This document shows positions 58,894 to 64,000 of a stretch of DNA of 64,000 nucleotides, one piece after another. Position 1 is the first letter of the stretch; every line of letters begins with the position of its first letter. Under the pieces are notes generated by a model. It saw nothing but the letters and a program-made list of their open reading frames with translations. It was not told the DNA's origin and did no database searches. This DNA is from Bythopirellula sp. (GTDB lineage: Bacteria; Planctomycetota; Planctomycetia; Pirellulales; Lacipirellulaceae), in contig OZ244170.1 of assembly GCA_965216565.1 (NCBI GenBank), positions 160,001-224,000 of the forward strand. Direction: 5' to 3'. A program made the translations under genes and the position numbers.

Positions 58894-59161
58894 ATTAGGG
58901 CTACAGGCCCCGGTTGAAGAAACGTAGGAGATTCATGCATCTGGCCGAGGATTGTGGCCCCCTAAGTTTCAGTTCTTGCTATGATAGATGGTGCTGAGGA
59001 TTTCGATTTGCTTGCTGCCAATCGTCCTTCAGCAACGCTTTCCCCTCGAAATTTCTTCTGCGGGGCATAGTTAGTTCTAGTTGTGTTTTTTCTTGCGGCT
59101 ATTTGCCGCTGCATTATTTTCTTTTCATTTCCATTTCTTTCCCACAGAAGGAGGTAACCAA

Positions 59162-60412
59162 ATGGAAGCCAAAAAGACCGGACGAGGTTTTACACTCGTC
59201 GAATTGCTGGTGGTGATTGCCATCATCGGCGTGTTGGTAGCCCTGTTGCTACCCGCCGTGCAGGCCGCCCGCGAGGCTGCCCGCCGTAACTCGTGCTTGA
59301 ACAACATCAAGCAAGTTGGCTTGGGCTTGCAGAATCTGGCCTCACTGCCAAATGCAAAGTTCCCAGCGGCATCAACCGTCCCGGTTGATCCAACTGTGAG
59401 CTTTCCGAGGCCGGGAGACGAATCAGATCTCACGCCAACGGCACCGGGATCTAATACGCTCACAGACCCAACGGGCGATGGATACAGCTGGCTTTTCCAG
59501 CTATTGCCCTACATGGAAAACCAAGTACTTTACGACCGCGTGAAGCAGTCAACTATGAACCCAGCCAACGTGGGCAGTCGAAACCTCAGACGGTTCGCCG
59601 TGAACATCGTGGTCGACAATACTACTGGAGCTACCAATCCTAATGCCCATCAACAGCAAGTCGCGGCATTCATCTGTCCTAGCTACCCAGGTTCCGAAGA
59701 GACCAAAATCAATTTTGGATCTGGCTCTGGGGCTTCGAAGGCGGCGGTTGGTAACTATGTAGCTGTGCCGTCAACGCACTATAACCAAGAAGGCACAGCT
59801 TCCGGAGGTGCCAAGAGTGCGAAGGATCAAGGATCCGGTTCTAGTGACGACTGGCTGTTTGAAAGCAGATCGGGCAGTGTTGCCGGTAATGGTGGCATTC
59901 CCTTCTTGAGACCTGCCACGAGTAACACTACCACCAGCCAGCGAAGAGGTGTATCCTTCGCCAGCTTTGGTAGTGGTGACGGTACTTCCAACACAATCAT
60001 GTTCGGTGAATCCCGAGAGGATCGTCATGCAGCCTGGATCAGCGGTGTTTCCGCTTTTTCCGTTGCTGTGTGGCCTGATTCGCCACCTGGATCCGTATCA
60101 TTCACTAACCCGACTGGCAATCAGCCACCGGAGTTACAGATTGATCAATCGGGTCTCGGTCGACTTTCGCTTAATGTAGGTAAGCGTGATAACCAAGGCA
60201 TGGACCAGTTCTACTTGTCGAGTCATCCTATGTACACGGGTGGTCGACAATGGGGACTTAGTAGTGGTCATCCTGGTATTGTCCAATTTGGCTTTGCCGA
60301 TGGTCACGGAACCTCAGTACCGGACGAAGTCGATCCCACCGTGTTTATGAACACCATCACGGTCAAGGGTCGTGAGGTAAGAAACTTGGGATCTGGTGGT
60401 GGTTTTAACTAA
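59162..60412 (+). CDS. DUF1559 prepilin-type protein (N-terminal methylation, H-X9-DG motif)
   Basis: [73 protein letters not shown]. Confidence 0.95.
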   Translation: MEAKKTGRGFTLVELLVVIAIIGVLVALLLPAVQAAREAARRNSCLNNIKQVGLGLQNLASLPNAKFPAASTVPVDPTVSFPRPGDESDLTPTAPGSNTLTDPTGDGYSWLFQLLPYMENQVLYDRVKQSTMNPANVGSRNLRRFAVNIVVDNTTGATNPNAHQQQVAAFICPSYPGSEETKINFGSGSGASKAAVGNYVAVPSTHYNQEGTASGGAKSAKDQGSGSSDDWLFESRSGSVAGNGGIPFLRPATSNTTTSQRRGVSFASFGSGDGTSNTIMFGESREDRHAAWISGVSAFSVAVWPDSPPGSVSFTNPTGNQPPELQIDQSGLGRLSLNVGKRDNQGMDQFYLSSHPMYTGGRQWGLSSGHPGIVQFGFADGHGTSVPDEVDPTVFMNTITVKGREVRNLGSGGGFN

Positions 60413-60446
60413 GCAGTACCGACGGTTCCACTAATCGAGTTTTTCT

Positions 60447-60485
60447 GCCGCTACTGGGCAGTTGCCCAGTAGCGGCTTTTTCTTT
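60447..60485 (+). terminator. Rho-independent terminator
   Basis: gccgctactgggca-gt-tgcccagtagcggc followed by a T-run. Confidence 0.85.
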
Positions 60486-60518
60486 AGATGCGTCGGAAGC
60501 GCGAGAAAAAATTGGACG

Positions 60519-60863
60519 ATGAATAACGATTCCCGTGAGATCAGTCCCGCCGATCTAAGCAATTTGCTTCGTAGCGATAACAACGAACAGAAGCCCTTGC
60601 TCGTCGACTGCCGCGAGCAAGAAGAGCGGGAACTGGCCAACATCGATAAGTCGGTGCATTTACCCATGAGCAACTTGCCCGAGGGAATGGAAGTACTAGC
60701 CGGCCAGGAACAGGCCCCCATCGTCGTCTATTGCCATCATGGCATTCGAAGCCAAAACGTAGCCGCATGGCTTACCCAGCAGGGTTTTGGCAACGTACGC
60801 TCTCTGACGGGTGGGATCGATGCCTGGGCGGTTGAGATTGAACCTGGGATGGTGAGATATTGA
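60519..60863 (+). CDS. Rhodanese-like domain protein
   Basis: LVDCREQEE, YCHHGIRS, SLTGGIDAW; start moved to ATG 60519. Confidence 0.92.
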   Translation: MNNDSREISPADLSNLLRSDNNEQKPLLVDCREQEERELANIDKSVHLPMSNLPEGMEVLAGQEQAPIVVYCHHGIRSQNVAAWLTQQGFGNVRSLTGGIDAWAVEIEPGMVRY

Positions 60864-61033
60864 TTGAGATTTGAAGTTTGATTGTTGAAGCTTGAAGTCT
60901 TGATGGTGCTATGGCTAGAACGATGGACTATTCTTCACGTCGGTGGCTCCTCGCCCCGCTTCAAGTTCCCTTGCAACTCACCCCTTTTTTTGACAAGCTA
61001 ATTGCTGATCGCTGACAGCTAACAGCTTCAAAA

Positions 61034-61117
61034 GCCCGAGTGGCGGAATTGGCAGACGCGCATGGTTCAGGTCCATGTCCACGCAAGTGGGTGGAGGTTC
61101 AAATCCTCTCTCGGGTA
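61034..61117 (+). tRNA. tRNA-Leu(CAG), no encoded CCA
   Basis: GCCCGAG/CTCGGGT acceptor stem, D-arm GGCGGAATTGGCAGACGC, anticodon arm CATGG-TTCAGGT-CCATG, long variable arm, GTTCAAATC. Confidence 0.96.
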
Positions 61118-61567
61118 CTTCTGTAGATGGTTACGGCGGGTGCATTGAGCACTCATCTAGAATGACGTCCGTGACGCGGCAGCAATGAATGGTTTTCTCA
61201 GCCACGCAACAAATCGGTTGCTACAGATGCAGATAGATAGGGTGTGAATTCCGAGTATCTGTCATCTACCTCTGAAATTCGTTCAGGTATTCGACTGCAT
61301 GACGCGATTTTCAGCGGCTTGATCAAGTTCTAAGTTGAACAATGGTCTTGATTTCCAGCGATCGCTGGGCATGAATCTTGGTCTTTTTCCACGCTAGCAA
61401 AAGAATCGATTTATTCGGATTTTATTGATTGACCGTTCTGTTTGCCGTGGTACATTGCGGTCAACCGAAAGCCGAGGAAGCGGTCTTCCAAGGATTTCGG
61501 GGTCTATTCTGATCAATTAACTATTCCTGAAAATGTCAAATTTTCCTTCGATGGGGAGTCGCTAGTG

Positions 61568-62203
61568 ATGTCTAACACTCTGAAATTAACCCTCGCCGCA
61601 GTAGCGGTGTTCTCTCTTGTAGCAGCTTCGTCTGCTTCCGCAGGTGTCCTTGATGGACATCCTCTCGCCTACAATAACGGCACATCCTGGACGGGCACCA
61701 GCGCCTATAACAACGGCCTAGCAGCTCCGCAGGATCTAGTTGGCACCATTGACTTCGCAGTCTTCACTGCCGCCGACTTTGCGACAGCATTCCCTGCTTC
61801 GTCCTACGTTCCTACCAATGGCTTGGTCTATACCTACCAAGTTTTGAACTCGGGTACGTTTGCAGTCTCGGCAGAGATCGTCGGTGTTAACAATCCGGCT
61901 TCCGGAATTGGCCAATTCGAAAATACTGTCGGTGAGGTAGCTTCCTCCCTCTTCGGTTTCGACTCTGGCGGAAATGCAGTTTTCAACTTTACAAATCCGT
62001 TCATTGGAACAGGGCAGGATAGTTATGTTCTGGCCTTCTCCTCACCGCAGGAGCCCATCCTGGGTTCCTCGATTACGGTCGATGGCGGAACGTTTGGTGT
62101 TTCGCTGGTTCCAACACCGGGCCCAACTGGAATTCCAGAACCTAGCTCTGTCGTTCTGGTAGTGGCCGGATTGGTTGGCGTTTGCACTCGACGCAGACGC
62201 TAA
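61568..62203 (+). CDS. PEP-CTERM sorting domain protein
   Basis: GGAG RBS, signal peptide ending ASA-GV, C-terminal IPEPSS-TM-RRRR. Confidence 0.9.
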   Translation: MSNTLKLTLAAVAVFSLVAASSASAGVLDGHPLAYNNGTSWTGTSAYNNGLAAPQDLVGTIDFAVFTAADFATAFPASSYVPTNGLVYTYQVLNSGTFAVSAEIVGVNNPASGIGQFENTVGEVASSLFGFDSGGNAVFNFTNPFIGTGQDSYVLAFSSPQEPILGSSITVDGGTFGVSLVPTPGPTGIPEPSSVVLVVAGLVGVCTRRRR

Positions 62204-62454
62204 AGCCTTAGTGGTGGGTGGCAGGATCTTGTTTGGTTCTGCCTACCTAACCCAGGCGAGATTCTTTGCTACTGATAACAAGAGTAATTCGAGGGATGTA
62301 ATACTTTTTAGTTTGAGTTGGTAATCTAAGAACTGCCGAGAGTGGCAAGCCGCTACTTGTAGTAGTTCTCCTAACCGAACTTTTCAATATTCAATTTCAA
62401 CAGGCTTGATTGCGGCACAAGATCGTGCCCCAACCTAGTCTTGAGGATGAAGCG

Positions 62455-63165
62455 ATGCGAACGAATATCATTTGTGTAGCTATTCTTTCTTGCTTGGCCC
62501 TGGTCGCCTTTGTTCCAGCAGCTCAGGCGACTACGCTGGCGACTACAGGTCATGCCCTGAACGATGGGAATGGCCCAAGCGGGGGTATCTGGCAGGGATC
62601 ACAGAACTACGCAGGTGCCGGTTTCTTCGGTGGTACCTTGCAGGGTACAGTCGAGTTTGCCGTATTCGCGCCCAATAACTTTCAGAACTTTCTCAACGAA
62701 AATGGGATCACTTTTGCTGATCCAGCGACGGCTGAATACATCTATGCCTATCAGATCACAAGCGTTGGTGGTACAAACGATGTAACCAACTTCACTGTTG
62801 GTCTACAAGGCGACGAGGCAGTAGGGGCCTCGGGTGTGACTTTCGTCCCAACAGGTAATTACGGCGCTTACACACCTGCCCCAGTTCAGAATCCGAATCT
62901 AGGTGCCACCGGTGGCGGCCCTGGTCTCAGCACTTCATCGGCATGGGGGCATCTGCCTGGTCTACCAGCAGGGCAAGCGAGTGCTATTCTGTTCTACTCC
63001 TCTCCAGAGGTACCAGAGCTAGGATTCTCCACGATGGCTGCCGGTACTGCCTCACAGCAGATCGCTCTGTCGCTTCCGAATCCTCAGGCTATTCCAGAAC
63101 CAGCCACAATTGCTTTGGCCGTGTTCTCTGCAAGTTGCTTGTTCATTCGCCGCAGATGTGTGTGA
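62455..63165 (+). CDS. PEP-CTERM sorting domain protein (paralog of the upstream gene)
   Basis: GAGG RBS, signal peptide ending AQA-TT, IPEPAT-TM-RRR. Confidence 0.9.
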   Translation: MRTNIICVAILSCLALVAFVPAAQATTLATTGHALNDGNGPSGGIWQGSQNYAGAGFFGGTLQGTVEFAVFAPNNFQNFLNENGITFADPATAEYIYAYQITSVGGTNDVTNFTVGLQGDEAVGASGVTFVPTGNYGAYTPAPVQNPNLGATGGGPGLSTSSAWGHLPGLPAGQASAILFYSSPEVPELGFSTMAAGTASQQIALSLPNPQAIPEPATIALAVFSASCLFIRRRCV

Positions 63166-63265
63166 GTTACAACAATCGCTGGAGGGCAGTCCGCTGAGCT
63201 CAACAACTTCAATTTGAAGACATAATAATAGCTAGCGATCTACGCTGGTGCACAACCAAGCTAAT

Positions 63266-63293
63266 AAAGGCCTGTGGAATTCCACAGGCCTTT
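63266..63293. terminator. Perfect 28-bp palindrome, probable terminator
   Basis: aaaggcctgtggaattccacaggccttt followed by gttgattttg. Confidence 0.65.
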
Positions 63294-63477
63294 GTTGATT
63301 TTGCGTGCTATTTCATGAGTTGTTGTATCCTATTCGCGATGCCTATTCTTGATTTTCTAGGACAATGTGTCGCTAGAAGATACTACAATATTGCTACAGA
63401 GGACACACGGTGTTGGCCGGCACCTGTGCTGCTACGCGGGGGATTCGTAATTCTTTTCTAGATAAGTCACGCGATCG

Positions 63478-64000
63478 ATGCACCCTAAAGTTGTTCTATC
63501 TTTGGCCCTCCTTACACTTGGCATTGCACAGGCGGCTTTGGCTATTGAGCCAGAGAATGTTCTTGTTCTCTATAATGATGACCAGGGTGCAAATGGCGCT
63601 GGCTCTCAAATTGCAAATTACTATGCACAAGTTCGCCCCGGCGTCCACTTAGCTCCTATCAGCGGCGTCGATTCCATTCTTACAGGTTCTTTTAATGAAG
63701 ATGTCAGTGGTCAAGATTACCTAGACGTGATCCGCCCTCAAGTGAATAGTGCCATTGCTGCTATTGCTGACGAGATAGACGTGATCGTAACGACCAAGGG
63801 ATTGCCGTTACGCATTGATGTCGGCACGCAACCGCCAGGCAACCCTTCGCCGAGTTGGCAGCGATTCTCTAGCTTAGAGAGCGAGCTAACTCGAATTGAT
63901 ACGATCGACACCACGGACAAAATGGGCGACCAGTTCTTTAATCAGTCATTTCCGCAAATTGACATGTCTTTGCCACACAATCCTTACTATGCCAAGAACA
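63478..64000 (+). CDS. TIGR03790-like secreted protein, 3' end beyond window
   Basis: Hand translation: MHPKVVLSLALLTLGIAQAALA-IEPENVLVLYN..SQIANYYAQVR..YLDVIRPQV..IDVIVTTKGLPLRI..SLESEL..NPYY; open to the window end. Confidence 0.75.
   Translation, partial: MHPKVVLSLALLTLGIAQAALAIEPENVLVLYNDDQGANGAGSQIANYYAQVRPGVHLAPISGVDSILTGSFNEDVSGQDYLDVIRPQVNSAIAAIADEIDVIVTTKGLPLRIDVGTQPPGNPSPSWQRFSSLESELTRIDTIDTTDKMGDQFFNQSFPQIDMSLPHNPYYAKN

Noticed and set aside
61034..61560. Prophage or ICE integrated at tRNA-Leu
   Set aside because: No integrase or att duplication visible in the window.

Overview
64 kb of a planctomycete chromosome, most likely Pirellulales/Lacipirellulaceae-like. The assignment is inferred from DUF1559, BBP7-like barrel, LExRxxxA leader, dockerin-like and PEP-CTERM signatures. 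The left end holds a secreted-protein locus: a truncated kexin-like S8 protease with Glu at the catalytic-Asp position, a divergent beta-barrel gene, and a 1668-aa three-module CSLREA/beta-helix/choice-of-anchor-Q protein. The middle is mostly housekeeping (hflX, two RluA-family synthases, ileS-purN-bshB1-like, mscL, trkAH, cca) with many DNA-processing genes (YhaO/YhaN-like pair with degenerate nuclease motifs, UvrD/PcrA, ComM, AddAB). It also has a PEP-CTERM heme peroxidase next to a GT2 + GT-C pair, an orphan ABC exporter trio, and a REP-associated tyrosine transposase flanked by four identical 25-bp REPs. The right end has a DUF1559 prepilin, rhodanese, tRNA-Leu(CAG) and an AT-richer PEP-CTERM/TIGR03790 cluster. 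Several non-coding structures are visible: several REP-like families, a 12-bp VNTR, heptamer arrays and a multi-stem leader. No CRISPR array, rRNA, integrase or prophage was seen. All calls come from motif reading only; no searches were run.
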